Shown one piece after another: positions 1 through 13,750 of a stretch of DNA of 64,000 bases. The notes below the pieces were generated by a model, which saw only the letters and a program-made list of their open reading frames with translations, was not told the origin of the DNA and made no database searches. Where the stretch lies: assembly GCA_028534125.1 (NCBI GenBank), contig CM052817.1, forward strand, positions 108,812,001 to 108,876,000. Reading direction: 5' to 3'. The DNA comes from Lama glama. Its lineage: Eukaryota. The number at the start of each line of letters is the position of its first letter. The first letter of the stretch is position 1. The position numbers were made by a program, and so were the translations under genes.

Positions 1-1794
1 CCCTTACTTGCTGCCTCCCTCATATCTGGTGTGTTCTCTCCCCAGTGAATCGTAACAGGAGGGTCCTCCCATTGGCCTCCTTGGAACTACCATCATTTTA
101 TTTTCTCTTATAGTGTTACAGAAACAGGAAAAACACGCAAACCACTCTTCCGGGGGCAGAGAAAAAACACCCCTCCAAGCCATTTTCTGTGCCCCTTTTC
201 TCGCTTAAGCCCTGCACCCTCCCCAGCCCTGGGCAATTCTCGGAGACTCTAAGTTATCTCCTCTGTGTGTCTCATCCAATCTGCTGTCTGACCCAGGACT
301 AAAATTAGGCTCATGCTATTTCAAGCATGGGAGGTCGATAAGTGTGCTTGTTTCTCTCAAAGTTTAGAAAACAAAAATTCAGACTCCATCTTTTCATGTC
401 ACTGCACAGCAAAAATTTACTAGTCTTTTTATTCTTTTTCCTTGCCACATTTTCATGTTAATATCACTGCTGGGAAGTTTTCCAGAAGCTCACTGAAATA
501 CAGGAAAAATCCTAAAGAACAAGAAAAATAATAAACTCCACTTTCCTCTAGATTACTATGACATATGACTTTTTGCATACATGTGTGGAGTAAAGTCTTT
601 CTTATGCATTTAATGTCAACATGTAATGCTAAACAATAAACAAGCAAAGAGAGGAGCAAAGATGTCAACTGAATATTTTAATGTTGCTCACATCTTTTTT
701 CTTTTTATCCTAAGCTTCCTTGGGAAAGTAAATCAAATTTGGAGACATCTATGCCATAGATTTATTATTCTGGGTTGCTCTAATCTTTCCTTGGCTAAAA
801 ATAACTTAGACAGCTCATTGATTATGAGGACTAATTTTTTCCTGTTGACTTAGAGGATCACAGTAACACTCATTCTTTTTAAGTTTGCGTTGTCCTGACT
901 TGATGTCCAGGTTGGTCCATAACCCAACCAGGCAGGATCTCCCAGAGACACACTCAAGTCTTTCCCCATGTTTTAGCATTGTGGTACTGGGCATCCTTCC
1001 AGCTTCCTGGACAGAATTCTCACAATCCCTTTCCCTTAATTCTCTGCCAAAGATTTTCATTAATATACAGACCATTAGTCTCACATGAGTAAATGACTAT
1101 ATTGACAGTAGAGAAATGCTCCGCAAATAATGTCTCTGGGTCTTTAAGAAAGTTGACAGGCTCCCAAAATCCCCTTTCACATGTGAAAGACGTTTTTCTC
1201 TACTGATATTTTTGAGAGAAATCAGAGGATGGTTACATTCTGTTGTTTTAGTTTTTCTGCTGCACTTACACAACATCACCTTTTATACAACAGGAATCAT
1301 TACTACCTGGGCCCCCAAGTTGCCGGTCCTTACAAATAAAGGGTGTGCCTCTGTTTCAGTAAAACATCACAGAGAGCAGGGTCCAGAGTTGGCCCACAGG
1401 TCACACTTTGCCTGTCCCTGAGAAATGCGAAATTTTCTGCTGGGTATTAGAGGTCAAACAATAAGTAAGATGTTTCTAATCCCAAAACATTCACAAACCA
1501 GTGACAAAACACGAAGATAACTCACCATATAAAACATCTTATAAGAAGTGTTAAATGAATGAGAATGCCAAAGGCCGGAATTAATAATTGAGGTTAAGTA
1601 TTTGGTAGAACATTTTGAATTGGGAAATAAGAAAAACATATTGTTATTGTTGTTTAACCACTATTGCTGTGCACATTTAATACTCAAAATTTCAATTCAT
1701 TTTAATTAAATTTATTAATTTAAATTTCTTAAAAAACAAAAAGAAAGATTTTTTTGTACATCATAACTCATTTTTATTTCATTTTTAGGAATCT

Positions 1795-1926
1795 GTATTA
1801 TTGTATAATTTCTATACAGTAAACTACACATATTTCAGGTGTAGAATTTGATGAATTTTGATAGATGTCTACACCCATGAAACCACCACCACAATCAAGA
1901 TAGCAGCTAGCATTTCCATCACTCCC
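1795..1926 (-). mobile_element. Old L1M-type LINE-1 3' UTR fragment
   Basis: 'tgtagaatttgatgaattttgatagatg...aaccaccaccacaatcaagata...catttccatcactccc' resembles the antisense 3' end of L1MC/ME elements. Confidence 0.65.
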
Positions 1927-1929
1927 CAA

Positions 1930-2570
1930 GAGGTGCAAATTTCAAATTCCTTATTTATGCCTTGCCACTCCCACACTTCCCCTGGTAGCCGTAAGTTTAT
2001 CTTCCATGTCTGTGAGTCTGATTCTGTTTTGTGGCTAAGTTCGTTTGTGTCCTTTTTTTTTTAGATTCCACATAAAGTGATATCATACGGTATTTTTGTT
2101 ACTCTATCTGGCTTATTTCACTTAGAATGATGATCTCCAGGTCCATCCATGTTGCTGCAGATGACATTATTTCATTCTTTTTTATGGCTGAGTAACATTC
2201 CATTGTATAAATATACTACAACTTCTTTATCCAGTCATCTGTCGATGGACATTTAGGTTGCTTCCATGTCTTGGCTATTGCAAACAGTGCTGCTATGAAC
2301 ACTGGGGTGCATGTGCCTTTTTGGATTATATTTTCCTCTGGATATATGCCCAGGAGTGGGATTGCTGGATCATATGGTAAGTCTATTTTTGGTTTTTTAA
2401 GGAATCTTCATACTATTTTCCATAGTGGGTGCACCAAACTAGACTCCCACCAACAGTGTAAGAGGGGTCCTTTTCCTCCACACCTTCTCCAGCATTTATT
2501 GTTTGTGGACATTTTTATGGTGGCCATTCTGACTGATGGGAGGTAGTACCTCACTATAGTTTTGATTTGC
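1930..2570 (-). mobile_element. LINE-1 fragment (ORF2 C-terminus plus part of 3' UTR), 5'-truncated
   Basis: Minus-strand ORF 2408-2596 reads [42 protein letters not shown], the L1 ORF2 C-terminal Cys-rich region; typical antisense 3' sequence 'ttagattccacataaagtgatatcatacggtattt'. Confidence 0.95.
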
Positions 2571-2573
2571 AAA

Positions 2574-2881
2574 AGTGTAAAAGGTATGAAAAGCACAGAA
2601 GAGTCTATTTTGAAACAATTACCAATGTTAGTGCCAAGGAAAATAAATAACCATAAAGTATAGCTCTAAGATAGAAACATGGTTACTGAGATCAGTCCAA
2701 AACTATGAATAGACAAATAAAATAGTAAACAGACTTGCTATTTGAAATAAGTGATGCTTAAATCACTAATATAACCATGTTTCTATCTTAGGGCTGTACT
2801 TTTTATTTATTTATTTTCCTTGGTGCTAAAATTGATGAGTGTTTCAAAATAGACTCCTGTGCTTTTTACACTTTTTACACT
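2574..2881. repeat. Long imperfect inverted repeat (arms 2574-2685 and 2772-2881, 86-bp spacer)
   Basis: The reverse complement of the right arm aligns along the whole left arm, e.g. 'gagtctattttgaaaca', 'ccaaggaaaataaataa' and 'ctaagatagaaacatggtta'. Confidence 0.9.
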
Positions 2882-5143
2882 CTGGGGACATCTCCTTGTA
2901 ATGTTTACCAAAACAGAGGCTTTTTTTGTGGGTTTTTTTCCCAGACTAAATTATTTAAGCCTGTCCTGCAAGAAAATAGCCACTCCTCCACAGAGTTTAA
3001 TGATAGCTCCTAGGTCGTGTCTTCCAAGGCCAAATAAGTCAGAGAATTAAGATGTTTTTCAGAAAAATTCATGAGCTTTTGCCTAAACTACCTGTGTTCT
3101 CCAATATTATGTCCTGAACATTAGCAGTGGTACTTGAGTTCTGTGCTTCAGCTAGGAGATCTGACCTAAATATGATGGGTAAGCAATATGAACAAAATAT
3201 ATTTCTAAAAAATTACTGCAGAATGAAGTATCCAAAGCACCAGTGTATTTTTGGTCTGAAGGGGAGCATGGAGTAGTGTGAGGTAATATGAATTTATTTA
3301 TACACAGAGAGTAACTGAGACAGAAGACAAAGATGGGCTTGTCCCCACCTGATCTCGGGAGATGTGTATTAACACCTTCACAAATTTAAAAAGGGAAAAG
3401 GAGAACAGTCTATTCTTAGTTTCTAACAACATGGAGTTGCTTAAGTCTGTACATTATAATAAACTGAGACTAAAATGTCTATTTGTAATAAAATAAAACT
3501 GCATTTGTCTTAAAGGATTATTTATGTGTAAATTACTAAATGCAATAAATACGCTTGACTACCAAAGGGGAGTAAAATTACACTGGAAAACGAATGTGAA
3601 GGAAATCATTTATCTGGTCCAGCACAAGTATGTCTTTTTCTCAACTGTGTCTGTCCCACAAGGCGGGGGTTGGGGGGACAAATGGGGGTGTGTCTAACAT
3701 GTTCTGTAATGGTGATGTTTTTCATCCATCAGAGAAGGAAAAATAATTAGGAAATCAAAAAATCTCTCTGAAATGTATAGTTGTAATAAATTCTCACATA
3801 TCTGAAACACCTCTTTTCTCTAAAGTCTTTTCTCTGTTTCTTTTTTTTTTTTTGAGATTTTACACATTTACATGATGGCTAATGAGACATAGAAACTGTT
3901 CATCTGCCCAAGGAAAGCTCCTGAATGTGAATGAAAAAGAGCCTTAAGGAAAAATCTATTACTTGCAAGTCACAGCTGAAGAAATTTTAATCATACAGGA
4001 ACAAAAAAAGAAAACCATTATCACTCTCTGGTTATCTTTAATGTTGTGAAGAACTTATTCTTTGATGCACAGTATCTTTCCTTGAACACATCCACTATAA
4101 ACATCACAACTTGATTATATTTGCCAGAACTAACACCAGTGGCATTTGCTCTTCTCCAAAGAGGAAATTTAACCCCAAATCTGTTCTTTGTCCACAGTTT
4201 TCCCAAGGCTCCAGTTACCCCAGTTTAATACATGCAAGCTCTGGATAAATAATCTGAGTTTGTCCTCATGCACTGCGCCTGTTGACTTAGCTACCAGTCC
4301 GTCGCTTCATGTAATTGAATGGGGTAGTTGACTTCGAAAGTGGACAAGAACACGTCTTTAAGGATTCTAGGCACTGCTTCCAGGGCTAACTGCATATTTG
4401 GCAGGAAGGCACATTTAATTTGGCTCACAGTTCTTCAATCATTATAAAAATTATTTATAGAATGCCAACAATACATGATTTGCTTCTTTTTTATCCAGAG
4501 GGTTACCAGGGCTCTACAGGAGAGCACGGAAAAAGGGGGGAAATCAAAACATAGCTCATTTTTTTCTTGTATCAGTTCATAATGTTTTGCTAAAGTACTG
4601 AACATCAGTTAAGAGATTCAGCATGAATTTTCGTCATTAAAAACTGAAGACGTTCCTGAAACAGGAAATTCTCTCATCTCTCTCTCTCCACATTATATTT
4701 AAGCCACTTTGGGAACTAAGATGTTTATGAAAGATGTTTAAGAAATAAAATGATAATTAATTCAGTATTCAGTTACTGAACAAAACTAAAGTAATCTGAA
4801 CAATTATTATGGTTTAAAGCACTGCGGTCAATCCAAAGTCATAAAATATTTAGGTACCAATCAGGTTGGAGTCCATGAGAAATCTTTGTACATTGGCATG
4901 AAGATAACTTAAGCCGTCTAGTCAAAGCATGTTTGATTTCCTTGGAGACATCTTTGGAAGCAAGTGCATTTGAATTTATACATAGAGTCATATTGTATTT
5001 CCAAACCTGTAGCTATCTCTAGGAAGGAAAGCTTTAATATTGTAATTTGTCCCTATTCCACCAAGCTGTAGTCAACGATTGATGCTTAAAAATGACTCTC
5101 CCTGTTATAACTTTAATTAAATATCAAAGAAGCATTAATTCTT

Positions 5144-5269
5144 TTTTTCTGTTTTAATTCTTATTTTTTATTGAAGTGTAGTCAATTTATAATGTTAGTT
5201 TCAGGTGTTCAGCAACGCGATTCAGTTATACATATACATACATATGTACATGTATTTTCAGATGGAGAA
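5144..5269 (-). mobile_element. Very short LINE-1 3' end with 14-bp target-site duplication
   Basis: T-rich tail then 'ttattgaagtgtagtcaatttataatgttagtttcaggtg'; TSD aagcattaattctt at 5130-5143 and 5270-5283. Confidence 0.9.
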
Positions 5270-5343
5270 AAGCATTAATTCTTGAGTCAACTTATGATCG
5301 AATGGCATGATTGAACGGCAATATCTCATACTGGGGAAGGTTG

Positions 5344-5864
5344 TGTTACTGAGTCCAAACTTGTTCTGCTCACCACACAACAGGCCAATAAATTGGGAGA
5401 TGAGGTGTTGGGGCAAGGAATAGTGACTTTATTTGGAAAGCCAGCAGCCAGAGAGGATGGCAGACTAATGTCTGGAGAACCATCCTACTCAAATCAGAAT
5501 TCATGCTCCTTTTATACTAAAAAGGAGTGGGGGAGTGGTTGGTTGTTGCAAACTTCTTGGTGTAGGAATTCTTCGTTCTTGCAGCTGTCCATGTGGTGGT
5601 GATCATGGTGTCCCTGTAAAACCTCCAACAAAACAAATGTTATTTTCCATTCTGCAACTTGTTATCTTTATATGACTGGAAAAGCGTTAATATCCTTAAA
5701 GGTCAGAGCCTTGAGAATAAGCTCTCCTGTAGATTTCAGGCTAAAGGCAACTTTCTTTTACAAAAGGTGCAGAGCCAGCAAGACTAAGCCTAGAAACCAG
5801 GGCACAGGGGCAAAGCCAAAGAAACAGATCTAATGTGGCGTCAGATTTATTCTTTTCTGTTACA
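5344..5864 (-). mobile_element. Solo ERV LTR (ERV1-like)
   Basis: TG...CA ends (tgttact...tgttaca), ~520 bp, minus-strand AATAAA (~5428-5433) and TATAAAA (~5510-5516) in U3-R order; no clean TSD seen. Confidence 0.75.
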
Positions 5865-6579
5865 CAATGTGTTCTGATTAGTTTGCAGACAATTTCAATC
5901 ATCATGATGTAACAAAGATACTTTAGTCACAGCTGGATCATCCTGGTGGCACATCCAGGTTCTCAGAGACACTTAGGATACTCTTTTCCCACTTCTTTTC
6001 TCAGAAGAACACAGACCTCTTTGGAAGTTTAAGTATATACATTTTTGCGTAATAAAAACAATTAGAAACACATAATTATCCCAGAAAAGTACATATATAT
6101 TGGAGGGGGAAATAAAGAGCAAATATTATATAGAAGTTTATGTCACTGATTTGGTCTCTTGAATAATTTTATTTTCTTTCTCTTGGTAAAATATCAGTTT
6201 ATCATACATTAATGGAGCCCCTACTAAATGCAAGAAGTTTTATTATAAGAACACTGGATTTGAAGTCAGAGACACGATACTTAGAGCTGTCGCTCATTAA
6301 TTTCGCTCTCTTGAGAAAATCTCATCATAGTTTCCTCGTGTATATAGTGCACATAGTGTTAATTCTTAACCCTGTAATCAACATCAGTGAAAACAATGTA
6401 GATCAAGACATTTGTGAAACATAAATTGCTAATTACATTGCTAGCTCATTCAAGGTAAATTCAAATAAAAAGCACGCCACACTGGGGCCGTCATTAACTA
6501 AGAGTGTTAAACATCACTGTTACCCAAATCCCTGTTACTCTAGTTATAATAATTGGCCTTCTGTAGCTTCAATGTACAT

Positions 6580-8050
6580 ACATTTTAAATCTTTTTTCTA
6601 TGGTATATAGTACACTTGAAAAAGCATCTGATTTAATCAATGGGTATAGATTGCAATGTTATTTACTTTACCAAAGTATTGACAGATTTAAATAATTATT
6701 ATTTCCAGTTGGGGGCTATTTTGAATAATGTTGCAATAAATATTTTTGTACGTGTTTCCCAGGGACCTGATTGTCTCAGGTACATTCCTAGCAATAGAAT
6801 TGCTGGGTCATAGGAAAGGGGTGTCTACTTGCTTAGAATGTATGATTTATTTCTCTACTTTCCATGAGTATCCTATGAATCACTGTAAATTAAATGTTTA
6901 TTGATGAATCTGTCTTCCTTGATCATTTTGTGGACTAGAATGCGGTAACCATCTTCCAGTATTTTAATAAAGTTATTATCATTGAGTTTTTAAATTCTGC
7001 ATTGATTTTTTTAGCTCAAAATGCATTATTACTTTCATTTGTACAGACATAGTTTACTTAGATTTATCAGCATGTTTACTCCCTTTTTAAAATCTTTGTT
7101 CCTTCTTCCTTCTCAAAACTCTCCAAAATCACTTGCTTCCTGCCAGAGGCCTGCTGGTAGCATGTTTTTTGCTTGAAAATGAGTTCGTAATATTCTCATT
7201 ACTAAAACTTTTTTTGCTGGATGCAGACTTCCATGACCCCAGTCCTCACCCCCTTTCTGCACATCAACTGTCAGCTCACAGTGGCTGCTGTTGAAAAGAT
7301 GGCTGTCAGTTTTACACCTTTATGACATAATCTTTTGTCATTTGGTTACTTTTACTAATTTCTTCTTATTTTTGACATTGTAATACATTTCCCTAAGTGG
7401 TGTCTAAATCATGTAAGCTGGAAAAAATTATTCTAAAAAGAATTTGTTAGGTTTCTCAAATTGGTATTTTTAATCAATACTGGAAAAATTTCATTCATGA
7501 GCTCTTTAAATATTGGCTCTGTCTTATTTTCCTCTCTCTTCTCCACCTCAGTTCTGAGTAAACATATGTCAGAACTCACTTTATCCCCCTTCATGTGAAA
7601 TTTCCACATCTAAATAAATCTAGGGATGTAACTTTGTGATCCACTCCACATAATTTAATTTGACCATGTTTATGGTTCACTATTAGTGTCTTCACCTGTG
7701 TCTAATCTGCTGCAAACCCTGCGCATCAAGCTTTTGATTTTGGTTTTTGAGTGCTACTGATGTCTAAAAATTCTTTCTGATTTTTAAGAAATCTGTAATT
7801 ACTTATAATTTCTGAAACATTGTGAATATGGTTATTTTACCATCTACTTCTGATAATTCCAAATATCTGAAGTTTGAGTCAGTTTCTGCTGTGTTATATT
7901 TTGCTGATTTTGGCTGATGTTACCTTTTCTGTACAAGTTTAGATAATTCTGTCAGCTCTTCTTGTTGTTGAAAAATCATTTTCAGAGATTCTTGGAAGCC
8001 TAGGGAAAAACTACCTTCTGTTATCAGGAGTTTATGTTTGCTTCCATCAA
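6580..8050 (-). mobile_element. Highly decayed L1M/HAL1-type LINE fragments
   Basis: 'tttccagttgggggctattttgaataatgttgcaataaatattttt...tagaattgctgggtcatagg' (ORF2 3' antisense), followed by ORF1-like antisense text 'ggaaaaatttcattcatgagctctttaaatattggctctg'. Confidence 0.65.
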
Positions 8051-8189
8051 GTCAAGACCACCACGAACCAAGACTGAGACCTGAAGTTGCGTGCACCACA
8101 CACTGAACCTGAGCTATGAAAGGGTGCAACGCTGGACACTATGCAAACCCGTGACCAATTCTCAGTTATGTGTTCATTAGTTATCAAGA

Positions 8190-8760
8190 AAGTGCAGATT
8201 AAAACCATAGCATAATAACACCGCATATTCATCAGAATGGCAAAGTGAAACACATTGTAACAAAGTATATCATCAATGTCAAATGTTGATGAGAGTGTAT
8301 AACCATTGAAACTCCTGTGTTTTACTGATAGAAGTGTAACTTGGCGCAACCACTTTGGAAGCCTGTTTGGCACTATCTACTAAAGAGTGACCCATGAATA
8401 TGCTTTGATCTAGAGATTCCACCCTTGATGTACACCCTAAAGAAATGTATGCATATGTCCTCCAAAGGACACGCACTACAACGCCCGTATCTGGTATCCA
8501 TTGTAGCCCCAAATACGAGGCTACTCAAATGTCTACCAACAGTAAAATGAATGGATAAACTGTGGTTTACTTACATAGTGGCATTCTACATACCAATATA
8601 AAAGAAGCATCCACAAGTATCTTCAATAATATGAGAGGATATCTTAAACACAGGGTTGAGCAATCAAAGTCAAATGCTAAAGACTGTGTGCCCTTTCACT
8701 CCAATTTAATGAAGTACCAAATCAGGTTGAATGCTATCGATCACGTTAGAAACCAGAATT
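8190..8760 (+). mobile_element. Old L1ME-type fragment (ORF2 3' end and 3' UTR)
   Basis: 'gtgtaacttggcgcaaccactttggaa...taccctaaagaaatgtatgcatatg...aatgaatggataaactgtgg' matches the L1 ORF2 3' pattern; no open frame. Confidence 0.8.
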
Positions 8761-9440
8761 GAAAGAGCGGCCCCCTTGAAAGAGCTACCACACGTCAAAA
8801 ACAACCGTGGTTTGTGAGCCCAGAGCAGTTTGACATCTCCTTTATTGAAGAACAGTTTACATGGTCAGTATTTCTTATGAGTGATTTCATCAAAGAGATA
8901 AATAGTTTGGGGCAAGGAATCAATTAGTGTAATGGTTTTTAGATGAGGAGGCCTCGTTTTCTGCAGCCTAGATTTGTTATGTCCTATTGCACATTTATTC
9001 AAGGGGTCTCATCGTTCAGAATGACTTGTTCCATAGCCAGGATTAAAGCTTTTGTCTTGTGGAATTCAGCCAGACCCAACTCTAAGAAATGGCTTGAATA
9101 CTAAATGCTATTTGCATGAGGTGATTCAGCACACTGGCAAATTATTCAATTCCAAACCAAGCCCTCTGTCACTTCTGTCTGTTTGGGGTCAAGTGTACCT
9201 ATGACCACCTCTGGAGTGACTGTTTTAATGGGCTACTTTTGAATGGAAGCCACTAGTATCCCAGGTAGCATCCAGATGTCACCTCCATCTCTGTGGAGGC
9301 TCTTCTGTTTTTCTTTCTTTACAACTATCATTATTTGAGTTTCCCTTGAATTTTATTTGTGTCACTTTCCTTTATTGCATATTTAAATCCACTTAAGTCT
9401 ATTAAATCCCTTTAATTTCCATTTCCCCATTCAGCACATG

Positions 9441-9826
9441 TTTTTTTCTCCTTTTCCAGCTTTATTAGGTAGAGTTATTACGGTGCGCCTGCACATACAC
9501 GTTATATTGCGTGTAGATACATATCCGCAGTACACTGCACTTGTTTTTAGTTTACATATATGTACTGATTATTGTTTCTAAGAACAGATTTGAGCTTTAG
9601 CTTTTTAAACTTACATAGTTATCAAAGGAATAAAGCCAACCACAAAATAAGAATCAACAGAATGTGGTAATCCAATCATAAGGACAGTCAGATGCACTTA
9701 CACATACTCAAGAAATCAGTCACCTTAGTTACAAATAATAGGTAGTTCATTTGTGCCCTTATTATTATTGTCATTATTTTTAGATTCCCCATATAAATGA
9801 TGTCATATGGCATTTTTCTTTTTTTC
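9441..9826 (-). mobile_element. LINE-1 3' end with a 3' UTR unlike the other young copies
   Basis: 9740-9826 is standard L1 antisense ('tttagattccccatataaatgatgtcatatggcatttttc'); the element ends in minus-strand AATAAA plus an A-rich tail at 9441-9466. Confidence 0.7.
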
Positions 9827-10599
9827 CAGCCCACTGTTTAAACAGAAAAGATTATCTTAAAAAATTAGTTTCTGTACTCTCTTGGTCTTGTAATGCAGAA
9901 GCCGGTGGCATTGTCTTTTGCCTAAAACAAACAAACAGCAAACTTAGGCATGAAACTGGCCTTTCACGGAAATCACGTCCTCATATGTAATTAACAACCT
10001 AGGGTTACAACCTCCGGTCACAGAGAGAGGGGGTCACCCTTGAGCATGTGGTGAGTCACACGCATCTAAATGTCATCTGTACCTTTCCCTTTTCGATGTT
10101 GCACAAAGTGTGGAATTTAGGGCCTGGCATCTGGTGCTGCTTACCTAGATTGGGGACGAATATCTAACATAACACCTGCTGAATTCAGCCCACTTGCCTG
10201 ACAAAACTAGCAAATGCTGTGCACATAGTCCAACAACAAAAATCAGGCTGCAGCCACTGCACATGCGGGCGCACGGCGAGGGATCTCTGCAAGGCAGTAA
10301 CTTTCTTAGGCCAGAAGGACCCATGCAAGTGTGCCAAGGACCAGATACTCTGTCGTTCAAGGTCAAACGGAAGTGTTTACCCTCACATCAGCCATGAAAC
10401 CCATCCGCCATTGGTTTGGATGGAGAAGGAAGCCAATGGGTTGGCTGGGAGCTGCACTGTTTGTTTAAGGATGGAGGGTGGAGATGCTCTCTGAAAAGTA
10501 AGCGATGTAAGAATGAGAAAATCTCAATGTCTGATACCTTAGCATCCATCCAACGCAGAATCCAGCAGATAAAGGCAGTTGCTGCGGCTTTACTATGGC

Positions 10600-10970
10600 T
10601 GGGCTTTTAGTGCTCACCCAGATCGCTCTTCTTCTGATCACACAGGAAGTCTGAACTTTCCAAGTCTTATTTCAATTAGTTCAGCTAGACCGTTGACCAC
10701 ATCTAGGCGTGAAGTGTGAGAAGAGTGCTGTGCATCGCTTCTGGACCAAGCACTGAAGGACTTGCAGCCACACCCTTCACCCTGGCTCACCTGTGGCTGT
10801 CAGCATCCTGGGACGGCACTGTTCTCAGATGTCCTGAGTGAGGGGTTCTGGGTCTCTGCATCGCTGTGTTCAGGGACTTTCTCTGGAGGGCTGGTCTATC
10901 CGCATGTGATTTCACGTGAGCTTTTGTTTGATACTTGGACTTTACTTTGTTGGGCTCCTGTTATACTGTG
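10600..10970 (+). mobile_element. Ancient MaLR (MLT1-type) LTR remnant
   Basis: 'gaagtgtgagaagagtgctgtgcatcgcttctggaccaagca' and the 3' 'tgttatac' layout resemble old MLT1H/I/J LTRs. Confidence 0.5.
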
Positions 10971-12786
10971 CGTCCCACTGATTTTATGCCATTACTTGTA
11001 TCTCCAGTGGAAAATGACAAATTTCCATTAGCAGACTTTTAACTCTTCTTTGTTTATTATTAGTATAAATGCATCATCTTTCAAAAATCGGGGGAAAAGC
11101 CAACCTTTACTTAATTTATGAACTGATTCGATGAATTCCATGTAAAATCTTAACACTATGCTCAAATTTTTCCTTTGCTTGTAAAATTACTACTGATGAT
11201 ATGTGAATACATTATTTTCAACAGACTGTGGAACTTACCCCTTGGAATGTCCAGTCTCAATTGGAGAAGAAATCCCTGGTAAACATAACAAATGTCACTA
11301 CTGAGAATTATAACACGTAAACAATGAGGGGTGATTCTGTGATCCAGGAAAAGGAGTTAATTAAATATGCATCACTCAAAGATCTTTACTTCAATAATTC
11401 AAACTCGTTCAGATTTTCAATCAAGAAGTAAGTCATGCGTTACTAGGGACCCCCTCTTTCCACAGCATACATTTTTACTGGTTTCTGAAGAAACGTAATA
11501 AAGCCATGTTGTCCTTAATGCACGTGACACTGAAAACAAACAAACACACACACCACATTAAAGAACATGGGAAGCGTTGCTTCGAGTGAGTGGGAGTTTA
11601 ATTACACAGAATTATTTTTCTATTGGACCTAGAGTGTAGGCTTTAAAAATAAAACATCTCAAGTCCTTAGAAAAATATGAGGGGTGAAATGGCTGGTGAA
11701 ACTAGGCAGGAATACAGTACACATGATCGATGTGGTTGGTTTTTGTTTTTGTTTTATTTTTAATGTCCACAGCCTTGGAAGCATGAGGCAGAAGGGAAAT
11801 GAGAAATGAGGATCTAGAAAGGTGTTTGAATTTAGAATTCAAATTTAGAATTGGAATAAATGGGGCTAACTATTCACCAAATAGTCAAAAAGCAGTGTTA
11901 CAAGTGATGGAAATTTTTGAGCATAAAATTAAACCTTTGTATTGAATTATTTGAATTATTTAAAATTATTTGTATTAAATATATTGAATTATTTGGCCAA
12001 ATGAGATGACATACACACTTTACATGCACAATGTTAACTCTAAGCATAATTTTCTGAATTAGGTATTATTTCAGATTTTCAGTTGAGAGAACAGTTAAAA
12101 AAATAATAACTTCTAAATTCTCCCAGATAATAAGGATGAAGCTTGGATTTGAACTTTATATGTCTGATTCCAAGGCTTTTAATATTCCCAGAGGATCTCA
12201 TTGCTTTAATTGGAAGTCATCTGTACTAACTTTATAAGAAAAGCAAATGGTAGCCCAGTTACTTACAGATAAAAGGAAGACAGAGATTGGCTATCCTAAG
12301 TCCTTCTCTAGGACTCATTCTGCTAAAACAAGGTTCTGTTTATGATACTAGATTAAGTATGAAACTTAAGAAACAAATAAAAAGCTTAATAAGAAATATT
12401 TGGTCTGCTATAAAGAACACAGATGTTAGAGTTCCACGGCCATGACTTTAGATGGAAAATAATACTTTCCCTGTAGGATTTTTATAGACACAAGTGATAA
12501 CACATAAGTCCTTGGAACAGCCTCTAGCTCGTGCTAAGGGATCAATATATGATAGTTACTGTTTCATGTCATTTTGCAGCCTGCTATTTGGGCTGAATGC
12601 AACCCAGACTGGTTTTCTGTGAACACAGGAAATGGCAGTAAACAGGCTAAAGTTATTGGAGTCAAATGAATTGGGTAAAACCAGACAGGGACATGTGTGG
12701 CTGCATTTTTCTACAAAAAGAAAATCAGGCTGTCATATTAAAAATATAACAGTATCAGTTAAGGCATTAAAGATGAAATTTTGGTT

Positions 12787-13750
12787 CATAGCACTCAATA
12801 ACAAGAAAACAAACAATCCAATCCAAAAATGAGCAGAAGCTCTAAATAGACATTTCTCCAATGAAGACATACAAATGGCCAATAGGCACATGAAAAAATG
12901 CTCAGTATCACTAATTATCAGAGAAATGCAAATCAAAACTACAATGAGGTAGCACATCACACCAGTTAGAATAGCCATCATTCAAAAGTCCACAAATAAT
13001 AAATGCTGGAGAGGGTGTGGAGGAAAGGGTACCCTCCTACACTGCTGGTGCGAATGTAGTTCTGTGCAGCCATTGTGGAGAGCCATTTGTGCACTCTATT
13101 CCTTAAAAGACTAAAAATAGAGTTACCCTATCATCCAGCAATCCCACTTCTGGGCATGTATCTAGAGGGAACCTGCACCCCAGTGTTCACAGCAGCACTA
13201 TTTCCAATAGACAAGACATGGAAGCAACCTAAATGTCCATCGACAGATGACTGGATAAAGAAGTTGTGGTATATTTTTATAATGGAATACTACTCAGCCA
13301 TAAAAAAGAATAAAATAATATCATTTGCAGCAACATAGATGGACCTGGAGAATGTCATTCTAAGTGAAGTAAATGAGACAGTAAAAGGCAAATATCATAT
13401 GATATCACTTATATGTGGAATCTGAGAAATGATGCAAATGTACTTATTTACAAAACAGAAATAGACTCACAGATATAGAATACAATCTTATGGTTACCGT
13501 GGGAAAGGAGGTGGGAAGGGATAAATTTAGGAGTTTGACATTTGCAAATGTTAACCACTATATATATAAAAATAGATTAAAAAACAAATTTTGTCTGTAT
13601 AGTGCAGGGAACTATGTTCAATATCTTGTAATATTCTTTAATAGAAAAATATGAAAATGAATATACATATGTACATGCGTGACTGGGACATTGTGCTGTA
13701 CACCAGAAATTGACATACTATAACTGACTACTTCAATTTAAAAAAATAAG
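12787..13750 (+). mobile_element. LINE-1 3' fragment (ORF2 C-terminus, 3' UTR, A tail)
   Basis: ORF 13075-13338 LKIELPYHPAIPLLGMY...[21 protein letters not shown]...MEYYSAIKKN is the L1 ORF2 C-terminus; in-frame stops present; ends 'actgactacttcaatttaaaaaaa'. Confidence 0.96.

Noticed and set aside
11941..11994. Short TTGAATTAT direct repeats (similar ones at 21143-21195, 23673-23716, 39090-39136)
   Set aside because: Low-complexity slippage duplications with no regular repeat-spacer period; not CRISPR-like.
13075..13338. Functional L1 ORF2 coding sequence (also 2408-2596, 17118-17327, 20381-20629)
   Set aside because: 5'-truncated remnants; no complete ORF2 in the window.
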